A DNA stretch of 38,486 nt from Octopus bimaculoides (taxonomy: Eukaryota), in NCBI RefSeq assembly GCF_001194135.2, contig NC_068982.1, positions 192,114,171-192,152,656 of the forward strand, in the 5' to 3' direction. Below, piece by piece: positions 1-11,061 of the stretch. The first letter of the stretch is position 1, and every line of letters starts with the position of its first letter. The notes under the pieces are model-generated. The model had not been told where the DNA came from. It saw only the letters and a list, made by a program, of their open reading frames with translations, and made no database searches. A program made the translations under genes and the position numbers.

Positions 1-97
1 ATATATATGTACATACATATATATATATGTGTGTGTGTGTATATGTGTGTGTGTGTATATATATGTGTATGTATGTATGTATGTGTATGTATGTATA

Positions 98-560
98 TCA
101 TCATCATCGTTTAACGTCCTCTTTCCATGCTAGCATGGGTTGGACGGCTTGACTGAAGACTGGCTAGCCAGGGGGCTGCACCAGGCTCCAATCTGATCTG
201 GCAAGGTTTCTACAGCTGGATGCCCTTCCTAATGCCAACCACTCTGAGAGTGTAGTGGGTGCTTTTTACATGCCACTGGCATCAACCACAACAATGACTT
301 CACTTGACTCAGCAGGTTTTTGCAAGCACAGTTTATTGCCCAATGACTGAAAGGTACTCTTAAATGGGCCGGTTATGCTGCACTGGCATAGGTCATGGTT
401 ACGGTCTCACTTGGCTTGCTGGGTCTTCTCAAGCACAGTTTGTTGCCCAATGACTGAAAGGTACTCTTAAATGGGCCGGTTATGCTGCACTGGCATAGGC
501 CACGGCTACGGTCTCACTTGGCTTGCTGGGTCTTCTCAAGCGCAGCGTATCTCCAAACAT
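98..560 (-). mobile_element. RTE-clade LINE (or RTE-tailed SINE) 3' end with an internal 107 bp tandem duplication
   Basis: (CAT)n tail followed by the same 3'UTR as the copies at 7138 and 11752. caagcacag recurs at 323 and 430, and caagcgcag at 537. Confidence 0.8.
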
Positions 561-605
561 TTCATATATATATATGTCTGCATAAATATATAAATATGTA
601 TATAT

Positions 606-970
606 ATCATCAGCATCATCATTCGCTTTCCATGCTAGCATGGGTTGGACGATTTGACTGAGGACTGGTGAACCAGATGGCTGCACCAGGATATATATAT
701 ATATGTGATCAGATCTGTAGTGGGGGTGGTTGCACTGAGAGTGTAACAACAAGAGTAAGAATAGCCTGGGCAAAGTTCAGGGAGCTCCTACCTCTGCTAG
801 CAACTAAGGGCCTCTTGCTCAGGATGAAAGGTAGACTGTATGATGCATGTGTGTGAACAGCCATGAACACTGAGGACATGCATAGGCTGGAAAGAAATGA
901 TGCTAGTATGATCCACTGGATGTGTAATGTCAGAGTGTAAGTGCCCCGAGAGAAAAGTTGGGCATTCTGG
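606..970. mobile_element. Short RTE 3' tail (606-690, minus) next to an RTE RT C-terminal fragment (705-970, plus)
   Basis: Plus strand encodes DQICSGGGCTESVTTRVRIAWAKFRELLPLL...RLERNDASMIHWMCNV with stops and deletions. Confidence 0.8.
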
Positions 971-1426
971 ATGATCTGTAGAGCTCAATGAGGATGTCCT
1001 GCAGACCATGGTGGAACAAAATCCCATCATAACTGTTGAAGAACTGGAAGAGAAGCTTGGATTTGGTCGTTCAACCATTCATTGACACCTGCATGCCATT
1101 GGAAAAGTCAGCAAATTGGGTCGATGGGTTCTTCACAAACTTTCTAAGTCTAATCGCACAGAGAGAGTGAATGTGATGAGAAATAAGTTCTCTATAAAAA
1201 TGTCAAGTGCCGAAGACAGTGGGTAGAGAAAAGAGAAACACTGACACTCTTGGCTAAAGAAGGTCTTCACCCAGGTCAGGTGTTATCTGTTTGGTGGGTT
1301 ATGAAAAATTTAGTCCACTTTGAACTTTTAAACCCAAACCAAATGATAACAAAGGAGATCTACTGTGAGCAGCTTAAGTCAGCACTAGAAGAAAAATGAC
1401 CATCTTTGGTTTCAAGACGAAAAGTG
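971..1426 (+). mobile_element. Decayed mariner transposase fragment running into a gap
   Basis: Encodes ELNEDVLQTMVEQNP...HLHAIGKVSKLGRWVLHKLS (WVPHEL-like), DEK*VLYKN, GLHP and LSVWW...VHFELL, with stops and an internal deletion. Confidence 0.85.
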
Positions 1427-2041
1427 NNNNNNNNNNNNNNNNNNNNNNNNNNNNNNNNNNNNNNNNNNNNNNNNNNNNNNNNNNNNNNNNNNNNNNNNNN
1501 NNNNNNNNNNNNNNNNNNNNNNNNNNNNNNNNNNNNNNNNNNNNNNNNNNNNNNNNNNNNNNNNNNNNNNNNNNNNNNNNNNNNNNNNNNNNNNNNNNNN
1601 NNNNNNNNNNNNNNNNNNNNNNNNNNNNNNNNNNNNNNNNNNNNNNNNNNNNNNNNNNNNNNNNNNNNNNNNNNNNNNNNNNNNNNNNNNNNNNNNNNNN
1701 NNNNNNNNNNNNNNNNNNNNNNNNNNNNNNNNNNNNNNNNNNNNNNNNNNNNNNNNNNNNNNNNNNNNNNNNNNNNNNNNNNNNNNNNNNNNNNNNNNNN
1801 NNNNNNNNNNNNNNNNNNNNNNNNNNNNNNNNNNNNNNNNNNNNNNNNNNNNNNNNNNNNNNNNNNNNNNNNNNNNNNNNNNNNNNNNNNNNNNNNNNNN
1901 NNNNNNNNNNNNNNNNNNNNNNNNNNNNNNNNNNNNNNNNNNNNNNNNNNNNNNNNNNNNNNNNNNNNNNNNNNNNNNNNNNNNNNNNNNNNNNNNNNNN
2001 NNNNNNNNNNNNNNNNNNNNNNNNNNNNNNNNNNNNNNNNN

Positions 2042-2400
2042 CTGCTGCCCTCTTCTGCAATTCATGTTAGGCTGTTGGTTCGTCTGGTATTGCCGACAGG
2101 AGGATGTCTTGTTCCCTATGCTGATTTCTTAATTTTGGTGGCAGGGCATTGAAGAGCTGTGGGCTTTTGAACCCTAGGCTATTGCAGTACCTGGTCCTGA
2201 ATTTAGATGGAGTGGATGGTACCTTACGTACACTATAAAGGCAGCCATTTCTGGCATTTGTATAACACTCAATACCGAAATTAGGTGCTAGCCCCTTTTA
2301 GAGTTTATTGCATATCCATCCTCTCCCTGTAGCTCATCAGCTGCACTGTTTCAATCTTTTTAGTGTAGTGGCATTGGATTTCTTAGAGCTCTGCTGTTAG
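2042..2400 (-). mobile_element. CR1/L2-superfamily LINE ORF2 C-terminal relic, a different family from the 4.5 kb and 27 kb copies
   Basis: Manual minus-strand translation gives GLAPNFGIECYTNARNG...RTRYCNSLGFKSPQLFNALPPKLRN. Confidence 0.7.
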
Positions 2401-2924
2401 TTTGGCACTCTGTGGTGAACATAACAGGGAACAGCAAATGTTAAGGGAAACCCGTGGTGAGGGTGACTAACAAATTTATTTCAATTCTGTCCATAAATTT
2501 TGTTTAAAATGTAATTTTTTTCCCCCAAAATTTAATTGCAATAAATTGAGTGAAATGGCTGAGGGAGAAATGTTTGTGANNNNNNNNNNNNNNNNNNNNN
2601 NNNNNNNNNNNNNNNNNNNNNNNNNNNNNNNNNNNNNNNNNNNNNNNNNNNNNNNNNNNNNNNNNNNNNNNNNNNNNNNNNNNNNNNNNNNNNNNNNNNN
2701 NNNNNNNNNNNCCCCCCCCCCCATCAGCCTTATCTCTCAGCACAGGTTTCCTATGCAACCATCATAAGCGATAGAATTAATGAGAAAGCCATGCCACAGC
2801 CATTTCTTTCGCACCAATTCCGTATAAACGTTTACTTTCTATTATTAGGTGCCCTCCGACATCTTTCCTTTGCTTATATTGAGATCTGATTAACAGTTGT
2901 TATTTTCCTTCTTTTTCTGCTCAG

Positions 2925-3083
2925 GGGTTCCAAAAGCCTGCAATATTTACATCAGCAAATTCCTGGGAAGTTTACGCTTTGGCAACATCATTGGCATCTG
3001 TAACTCTGATGTTATCTATGTCACTCTTCCACTTTACCATTCAAATGGACTCTTTCTGGGTTTCAATTTGGCTCTAAGTCGAG
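2925..3083 (+). CDS. SLC27A: SLC27A/FATP-family acyl-CoA synthetase, first visible coding exon (159 nt, phase 1 to phase 1)
   Basis: Acceptor tttttctgctcAG and donor GAG|gtaagt. Encodes (G)VPKACNIY...IYVTLPLYHSNG, the second half of the TSGTTGxPKA AMP-binding motif plus the FATP TLPLYH motif. The upstream exon is not visible. Confidence 0.95.
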
Positions 3084-3246
3084 GTAAGTTTGGCAGAATT
3101 ATGGTTTAAGCACCCCAATAACTTTTTGCATTCAAACTAATTTTTGAAATCCAAATTCAAAAAGTTGAAAATATTCACACATACACACGACCTATTATGG
3201 ATTTCGAACTGAAACTCATCATGGAACCAGTCATGACTTTCTTAGT

Positions 3247-3430
3247 TCATCATCATCATCAAACATATATTTCCCACCCTGGCATGGGTGGGAGGGTTTG
3301 ACCAGAGCTGGCAGGCTGGAGAGCGGCACCAGGTTCCAGCCTGATTTGGCTGGGTGCCCTTCTTAATGTCAACCACTTAACAGAACATGTTGGGTGCTTT
3401 TTATGTGGCACTAGAACAGGACACTTACAG
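3247..3430 (-). mobile_element. RTE 3' tail fragment in FATP intron
   Basis: (CAT)n followed by ggcatgggtggga...gggtgcccttcttaatgtcaaccact...gtgctttt, similar to the other tails. Confidence 0.7.
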
Positions 3431-4368
3431 GTCAGTCCTCTCCCCCATGGGGAGCAGCCTTAAACACTTCTACTGTGGAGGATGGGTTTTCTTGAGGACA
3501 GGAAAGTGTTAGCTCATACATGTTGGTAGTTTCAGAAATTTTCGGTGCATTTGTATTCTACACACTGTTCTCGCACAATTATGCACAAAACCATTTTCAC
3601 CATGCCCCAACCTTATGGATGCTCAAATTAGACTTGACCCATATCAGTCATGAGGCCATTACTAGGATTTATCCACAATGATTTAAAAAGAGGTATGTAA
3701 AAGATAATTTATCTTAACAGCATACTTTTCTGTTAACAAATGTTTTTTCTTCTTACCCAGACATGCACACAAACCGTCGTGAGAGGTGGGTGAAGAATTT
3801 AAATTACCAAATGTATTTCTTTTTGTTTTCTTAAATCTCAGCAATGGACCACCCTGGGGTGCATCATCATTCCATAAAACGTGTTTATGGGGATAGAAAT
3901 ATTGGAAGGCCTCAATACATGTCAGTGAGAAAGAAATGAGCCAGATGGTCATGGGATGTACTAAAACCCTTACATCACACACCTTTTTGACTGAAAATTA
4001 TTTTGAAATTTCAGAAACAATTGATAGATTTGGACTGTCTGCATTTTAAAACTATGATTAAAAAAGAAGTAATTCTCTGAAAGAGTGGCAATTTTAGGAT
4101 TTATGAGAGGAGGGTGATTAAAAATTTTTTTTTTAAATTTCTTTTGCATAATCGATTATGGTCCTTTGTATTGGTTTACCCTGTGCTTTGTAGCTTGATC
4201 CACTAAAGAGGCTTTTTTTGTGAGTACTACTGGATTAGTTAATTCCATATATTGTGCATTATATATATAGATATATATATATGGATATATATATATAGAT
4301 ATATATATATAGATATCTATATATGGATATAGATATGTCTGTATATGGCTGTTCATTCTTTCTTCCAG

Positions 4369-4493
4369 GAGCTACAATTGTTTTGAAGAAGAAATTCTCT
4401 GCCTCAAGTTTCTGGAAAGATTGTTGTCAATACCAAGTCACTGCTGTTCCTTACATTGGTGAATTGTGCCGTTACGTTCTCTCACAACCCATT
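4369..4493 (+). CDS. SLC27A: FATP coding exon (125 nt)
   Basis: ctttcttccAG|GA GCT and ATT|gtaagt. Encodes [19 protein letters not shown]...YIGELCRY, a FATP signature. Phase matches the previous exon. Confidence 0.96.
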
Positions 4494-4544
4494 GTAAGTG
4501 TTTCATGTTGGTTTCTTCAAAGAATTCCTTTTCATTAACCTTTA

Positions 4545-4545
<1 letters not shown>

Positions 4546-4592
<47 letters not shown>

Positions 4593-5776
4593 AATTATAA
4601 TGCTCAGGTGCACTACAACGTATGAAAGGTGCATGTACAGTACATGGAATTATGTGCAAAAGTCAGGAAAGTGAACAGTGTATGAGTCATGATATACAGG
4701 TGTGGATGCATATGGAGGGGAGGATAGGGGGATATCAGGTGTAGTGTTGGTGAATTTCAGGAAGCATGGAGGTTTTAAAGGATGCAACGTTTCGGCAACA
4801 AACAACTGATGCAGGTAGTTTGTTCCATGTTTCAGTAACTCTGAGTGTGAAAGAATGTCTCCGAAAGTGATGGGAGTTGTGCTGTTTTCTGACTTTGTAG
4901 GCATGCCCACATGTGTTAGACACATGGAGCTCAAAAAGGTGCTCAGGGTGGTTGTTGGCACGATGGTTAATAATTTTGTGGGTGTTTACCAAGTCAGTTG
5001 CCAGACGTTGGAGCTTCAATGTATCTATGCCCAGAGAAGCAAGGTGTTCCTGTGTACGGTAGATGTTTGATGGAGGGTATTTGCTTGGTTGCACGTCTCT
5101 GAACAGTTCCCAGGAGGTCAATGTTCTGAGCAAGATAGGGTTCCCAGACTGGTGATGCAAATTCTAAGTGTGGCCACACCCATAGTCGTATACAGCCTTA
5201 AATAGATAGCTGGGAGACCGGCTGACAAAGGTTTTGCTGAGTGATGCCAAGACACCCTCGGCTTTCTTGACAATTGTAGAGATGTGCTTTGTCCCACTTA
5301 AATCGCTGCTGATAGTAATGCCCAGGTCACGTTTCCAAGAAGGCTTCTTGATATTAGTGTTGTGGGGGGGAGAGGATGTGGATGCTGGGTTTTCCTCCCA
5401 AAATGCATGGGGGTACACTTATCCGCAGCCTGCTCGAGTTGCCAGTCAGTGATCCATTGTTGCAATGTGTCCAGGTCCGATTGCAGGAAAGATCTATAGA
5501 GTTCAGGATCTGCCCTTTTTATCTCAAGGTACAGCTTGATGTCATCTGCATATTTCAGCACTGTGGCATTCTTTAAGTTGGCATCTGTGTCATTAATGTA
5601 TGCAAAAACTAAAAGGGGACCAAGCACAGATGCCTGCGGTACACCAGATGACATCTCTTATGTAAAGAATACTGTCCTAGAGCCGGGTTTACCTCTTTTC
5701 GAATGAGAATGAAGGACTTCGGTTAAAAAGAGAGTCATCTTTCACAACCCTTGCAGAGAGTTTTGCTGTAAGTCTT
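4546..5776 (-). mobile_element. 5'-truncated CR1-type LINE with (ATT)n tail, 52 nt downstream of a FATP donor
   Basis: RT motifs SGVPQASVLGPL and LKYADDIKLY, plus HLEFASPVWEP and HSFTLRVTETWNKLP, all frameshifted. Colinear with the 26.9-29.1 kb copy. Confidence 0.92.
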
Positions 5777-6227
5777 AAGACATGGTTTTTGTTTCAATTA
5801 ATTTTGAAAATAAGGAAGAATTCCTTAAAATAACTTTATTCTTAATCAAATGCCTGGAGCATAAATTAACATGAAATTTTGAGGGAGGTTTTTAATTTAG
5901 ATTACCCTTAAAACAATAAGTTTGCATCATGGAAACGGGGCTGAATTTAGGAGGGGCTGGCAATACGATTAGAGGGAGATAACTCGGCCATAATTTAATG
6001 TAAATATTTTATTGCTTTCTAAGCAAATTTGAGTTAATTAATTACATTGTTAAGAAAATAAGCAATTATGTTGTATAAAGAATACATGACAGTCTACATT
6101 CAATAAATTACGTCACTCATTTATTTTATGAGTGAAACTGAGAATTTTGGTTTTGGTTTGCAAGATTTTTTATGTGAATTCATGTTCTAACAAATTTTGT
6201 TTGCATCTTGGGAGGGTTATTAAGCCA

Positions 6228-6380
6228 ATAATAATAATAATAATAATCCTTTCTACTGTAGGCACAAGGCCTGAAATTTGGTGGGGAGCGGGTAAGTCGA
6301 TCACAATGACCCCAGTACTTGGCTTGTACTTAATTTATCGACCTCAAAAGGATGAAAGGCAAAGTTGACCTCAGCGGAAT
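6228..6380 (-). mobile_element. tRNA-derived SINE family 1, 3' part
   Basis: Reverse complement of the copies at 8.5-8.97 kb (ggcacaaggcc, ggatgaaaggcaaagttgacc), with an (AAT)n tail. Confidence 0.75.
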
Positions 6381-6796
6381 AATAACAACACCACATACGT
6401 GTGTTATTGACGTAATGACCCTCCCAAAACACAAGATTTGAACTGAGAAGTTCCTCTGAAAGTATCTTTATCATGGACCAAGTCTTATGTTGATGCTTTT
6501 CTCTCTTACATTTCTACATCTTCTCCCAATGATTCATACAACTTCACAATCCAAATATTATACATCACGTTATTTCCCATTAAACGATTGAAGTCGCTGT
6601 TTGTTAGCCTTGGAGATAATAATTCTTGTAACCTGTTTGTTGGTCCAACTGTTTCTGGCAATGAATTTACAAACAACCGTATTTCACTATTAACACCTAT
6701 CACTGCTATGGCGAAAGCTTTGTTGTCAAAGGGTTGAAATATTAATAAAGACAAATGCTTTCATTTTATTGATTTTTATTTTTATTTTGTTTTCAG

Positions 6797-6988
6797 ACTA
6801 CTTCAGAATCTTTACATCAAGTGAGACTTATGTACGGAAATGGACTAAGTAAAGATATATGGAGCAAGTTTCAAAATCGATTCCATATTCCTCGAATAAT
6901 CGAATTCTTTGGAGCTACTGAGGGTAATGTTCTGTTGATTAATACAGAGAATAAAGTTGGTGCTGTTGGACGAATATCACCTTTTTTG
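6797..6988 (+). CDS. SLC27A: FATP coding exon (192 nt)
   Basis: ttttgttttcAG and TTG|gtaaga. Encodes HQVRLMYGNGL...EFFGATEGN...KVGAVGR. Phase 0 to phase 0. Confidence 0.96.
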
Positions 6989-7137
6989 GTAAGACTGATT
7001 TTATTTGTTGGCCTCAAAACCATAGAGTGAGATTATGTGGTATTCATTCATTGCTTATGTAACAGCAGATGTCATTGAATCCCCCTCCTTTCTTTCTCAC
7101 CCTTTCATCTATTCACAATATCAAAACTCTACAACAT

Positions 7138-7900
7138 TATCATCATCATCATTTAACATCTGTTTTCCATGCTGGCATGGATTGGACGGTTCGACTGGGG
7201 TCTGGAAAGCCAGGGGTCTGCACCAGGCTCCAGTCTGATCTGGCAGTGTTTCTACAGCTGGATGCCCTTCCTAATGCCAACCACTCCGAGAGTGTAGTGG
7301 GTGCTTTTTTTACATGCCACCGGGACAGGGGCCAGAGGGGGCTGGCATCGATCACATTCAGTTGGTGCTTTTTATGTGCCACCAGCACAGAAGCCAGTCA
7401 AGGTAGCGCTGGCATTGGCTACGTTTGGATGGTGCTTTTTATGTGCCACCAGCAGAGGGATCACAACTACAATTTCCATTTGATTGTGATTTGATTTTGG
7501 TTTTGATGTACTTGACTCAATAGGTCTCCTCAAGCACGGCATGTTGCCCTACGATCCAAGGTACTTTTGAGTGGGCTGGTTATGCGACACTGGTGTAGGT
7601 TACAGCTGTGAACTCACTTTATTTGCTGGGTCTTCTTAGTCACAGCATATCTCCAGAGGTCTCGGTCCTTCGTCATTGCCTCTGTGAGGCCCAACGTTCA
7701 AAGGTCATGCTTCACGACCTCATTCCATGTCTTCCTGGGTCTACCTCTACCCCGGATTCCTTCCACTGTTTGGGAGTGGCATTTCTTCACACAGCTCTCC
7801 TCATCCATCCATAATACATGACCATACCAACGCAAACGTCTCTCTTGCATGCCACATCCGATGCTTCTTATGTCAGGGGCTGGTATTGAACCTACCTGCA
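7138..7900 (-). mobile_element. RTE LINE 3' portion (RT C-terminus, 3'UTR and (ATG)n tail)
   Basis: Encodes DIRSIGCGMQERRLRWYGHV...GRGRPRKTWNEVVKHDL. The 3'UTR carries subrepeats. Confidence 0.9.
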
Positions 7901-8379
7901 TGCAATCTCACCATCTTGTCACTCTACCCCTCTTTCCCACCACAAGAGGACTACATCAGACCTGTCTGTTGTTCCCGATATACTGTGTTGCCAGTCATCA
8001 CTTCATCTTCCCATGTCACATGTTATTGACATCTATTCTTACCATTATCCAACAATCTTCATCTTCCTCTTACGCTAAACACTTTCTGCTCATATTCCCT
8101 TTGTCCCTTTAGTCTCTTCCCTTCTTAGGGTCCTTACTTTCAGTAAAGTGACACAACACACAAGGCCGAGCATGTTTTACTCTTTCAAAATGGAAAACAA
8201 TCCTACCAATACTGGTATCGTAAAAGAAATACACCCAGTCCCTTCTTTGGTGTTAAGAAGGGCATCCAGCCATAGCAGTTCACCACCACAGGTGCAAGGA
8301 CCCTATCTCCCTCCTGTATTTCATATTGGGATTTCTTTTTTTCTAATAATTGTTTCTAATCTAGGTTCAAAGCCAAGGT

Positions 8380-9075
8380 CATTTTGCCTTTCATCTCTTC
8401 AGGGTCGATAAAATAAGTACCAGTCATGCGCTGGGGTTGATGTGATTTACTCCCTTTCCTGAACTTGCTGGCCTTTTACCAAAAAGTTGAAACCATTATT
8501 ATTATTATTATTATGTGAAGGTGGTGAGCTAATAGAATCGTTGTTATGCCAGGCTAAATGCTTAGCTGTATTTCATCTGCCTTCCGAGTTCAAATTCCAC
8601 CAAGGTCGACTTTGCTTTTCATCCTTTCGGGGTCGAGGAGATAAGTACCAGTTATGTACTGCAGTCAATGTAACCGACTAGTCCTCTTCCTTCCAAATTT
8701 TCAAGGCCTTGTGCCTAGAGTAGAAATAACAATGATCAGAACAATAATAATTATTATTACCTGAAGGTGGTGACCTACCAGAATCATTATCCACACCCAG
8801 CTAAATGCTTAGAAGTACTTCAGCTGTTGCTACATTCTGAGTTCAAATTCTGGCAACGTTGACTTTACCTTTCATCTTTTCGGGGGTCGGTAAATTAAGT
8901 ACCAGTTACGCACTGAGATCAATGTTATTGCCCCCCCACCCAAAAAAAAGATATTTCAGGCCTTGTGCCTTTAGTAAAAAGTGGTGAGCTGGCAGAATTG
9001 TAGACAAAATGCGTAGCAAGCATTTCCTCTGACTCTTTCCATCTGAGTTCAAATTCTGCCAATGTCGAATAGTTT
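8380..9075 (+). mobile_element. Head-to-tail cluster of about four tRNA-derived SINE family 1 copies (one 3' half, two full, one 5' half)
   Basis: Recurring ggtggtgagct(ggc)agaat A-box-like head, GAGTTCAAATTC B box, aagtaccag body and aggccttgtgcct end, with ATT-rich spacers. Confidence 0.8.
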
Positions 9076-9505
9076 GATAGGAACTAAGAAGCCTGAAGAC
9101 TCTACTGAGTTGCAATGTTTTCTCTGGCATGATTTCTACAGCTGAATACTGTTCCTCGTGCCACCCACTTTATAGCATGGATCTGGTGCTTTATTCATGG
9201 CACCAGCATTAGTGAGGTCACCAAATGACTTGCAAGAGAAAACCCCCCTCAAGTGAGGAGGAGTGTGATTAATGCCAGGTATTGAAATGTTACAGTATGA
9301 TAGGAGGACAGGAATAGGTGTCTTCTGAAGAGGTGGTTCATGGCTTTTTCAGATTCTAAAATAAAGATGATATGCCAGATATTGGAATCCTTTTCACCAG
9401 ACAGCTACCCCCTTTTCCTCCCCGCACTCAGTGAAAATGTGTGCCTTTGTGAGAGAATGTCAGAAATTTTCTTTTAATCAAAGTGAATTTATTTTGTTTA
9501 CTTAG

Positions 9506-9602
9506 AATAAAATCCTTCCCAAGACATTACTCGTGAAATATCACAATGGCACTGTGGAACCTCAAAGAGATTGCCGAGGGAGGTGTATACCAATTTCTCC
9601 AG
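9506..9602 (+). CDS. SLC27A: FATP coding exon (97 nt), not in the ORF track
   Basis: ttttgtttacttAG and CCA G|gtaggt. Encodes NKILPKTLLVKYHNGTVEPQRDCRGRCIPISPG, matching the FATP LVKYD..EPxRDxxGxC segment. Phase 0 to phase 1 bridges the flanking exons. Confidence 0.92.
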
Positions 9603-9859
9603 GTAGGTTAGCACCTGTTCTTATCTTGATTACAGTTTCTTAGATTATCAGAACCTTTCTTCCACCAACTGACGCTTTAAGTTTGAACTTGTTTCAACTG
9701 ATTTTCTGTTTTTTCTCCACCAAATTCTTTACAATTTCAATATTACTCCAAAGTTTCTCTCTTGTTTAACATTAATAATCAATATTTGATCAATAGATCA
9801 AAATTATATTGACAATTCTCACTCTTCTATCTCTACACAGCTGTGAACTGTGATCCACA

Positions 9860-10060
9860 AAATTATTATTGTTCAATCCCAGGTTAGCTTTGGTTGAGCA
9901 GATGACATATAATCAAGGGTGTTCTCCCTATGGCCATCCAGTCTTGTATTTAGGATTACATTAGCCAAAGTGTCCTTCCTTTTTAATATGGTAAAATGTT
10001 GTTTGATGAAGACTTGGCTGCTATTGCTAACAGGTGAAGCAACCACATAGAGGCCACATA
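9860..10060 (+). repeat. Representative copy of an unclassified ~200 bp interspersed repeat with core TTGGCTGCTATTTCTAGCA
   Basis: The core recurs at about 10014, 14373, 17388, 17776, 20216, 23812 and 26043 (plus) and about 10250 and 36110 (minus). Confidence 0.65.
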
Positions 10061-10389
10061 ATTGACAACTGTTTCATTAACTTGTAGTGTCAAATTCACA
10101 TCCTGTCTCGAGTGGAATTTAAGAGAAGAGAGAGAGATGGTCACCATGTTTCTAGCATCAAAATAGTTTACCACACAACCATATGGTTCTGATTTCAATC
10201 CCACTATGCAACACTTTGGCCAAATATGTCTCTACATGGTCACTTTACATGCTAAAAATGGTAACCAAATTTCCCTCAATTCACATATTTACCATCTTAA
10301 ATATGAATTGAATAACATAGTCCTGAATAGTGTTCCTGAAAATTTGACTGGGTTCCCATAACTAGAATTCTTTTGTTCATCAGTCAAGG

Positions 10390-10615
10390 TCAACCCTTTA
10401 GTATTTAAACTGGCCCCTATATCTGGCACCAAAATTCTTCCTCTTTATGTTCAAACCAGCCAGATCCTGTCTCTCATACCTATCCTACAATGTCAGTGTT
10501 AAAATAAACAATCAAATCATGGAAATCTTTCAGCTTTGAGATAATGCATGATTAATTTAAAACTGAAGAAATAAGGATTACATTCGATGGAGTAATCTGA
10601 CTGCTAAACGGTTAA
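10390..10615. mobile_element. ~226 bp MITE with piggyBac-like termini
   Basis: Left end TCAACCCTTTAGTA. The right end, reverse-complemented, reads TTAACCGTTTAGCA. These are imperfect TIRs of the TTAA-CCC type with no coding capacity. Confidence 0.65.
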
Positions 10616-10801
10616 TCAACAACAATTAACCCTCACAAATAATTTATCTTTAAATTTAATGAGTCTTACCTTTTTCGTTTTTTAACATTTATTTTTCCAA
10701 GTTATTTTGACAAACCTTGATTTCTAAATCTTGTGGATAAGTTGTGATTATTTATAGACCCACATTTTGAAGTTCTTGTTTTATTTCTGTGCTTCTTGCA
10801 G

Positions 10802-11000
10802 GAGAAACGGGCCTGCTTTTGAATGAAATAATCCCCAGATTTGATAACAAGATCTATAAAGGCACCAAAGACTTGGATAATCAAAAAATTGTGACAGATG
10901 TGCTGAAAAAAGGAGACAAATTCTTCAACTTTGGAGATGTACTCTTCTTAGACGAAGATTATTTTGTTTACTTCAAAGACAGAATTGGAGACACATTCCG
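10802..11000 (+). CDS. SLC27A: FATP coding exon (199 nt)
   Basis: gcttcttgcAG and TTC CG|gtatat. Encodes GETGLL...DVLKKGDKFFNFGD...YFKDRIGDTFR, the first half of the FATP DRxGDTFRWKGENV signature. Confidence 0.95.
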
Positions 11001-11061
11001 GTATATAATTTTCATTTCAATTACAGATACATACATACACTTGCATGTGTGTGTGTGTGTC

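Noticed and set aside
323-540. Direct repeats that might suggest a CRISPR-like array
   Set aside because: This is a 107 bp tandem duplication inside an RTE 3'UTR with no spacers, in a eukaryotic context.
1374-2152. Long ORFs spanning N runs (also at 2.5-2.7, 11.4-11.8, 16.1-16.8, 21.8-22.2 and 37.6-37.8 kb)
   Set aside because: Artefacts of assembly gaps translated as X.
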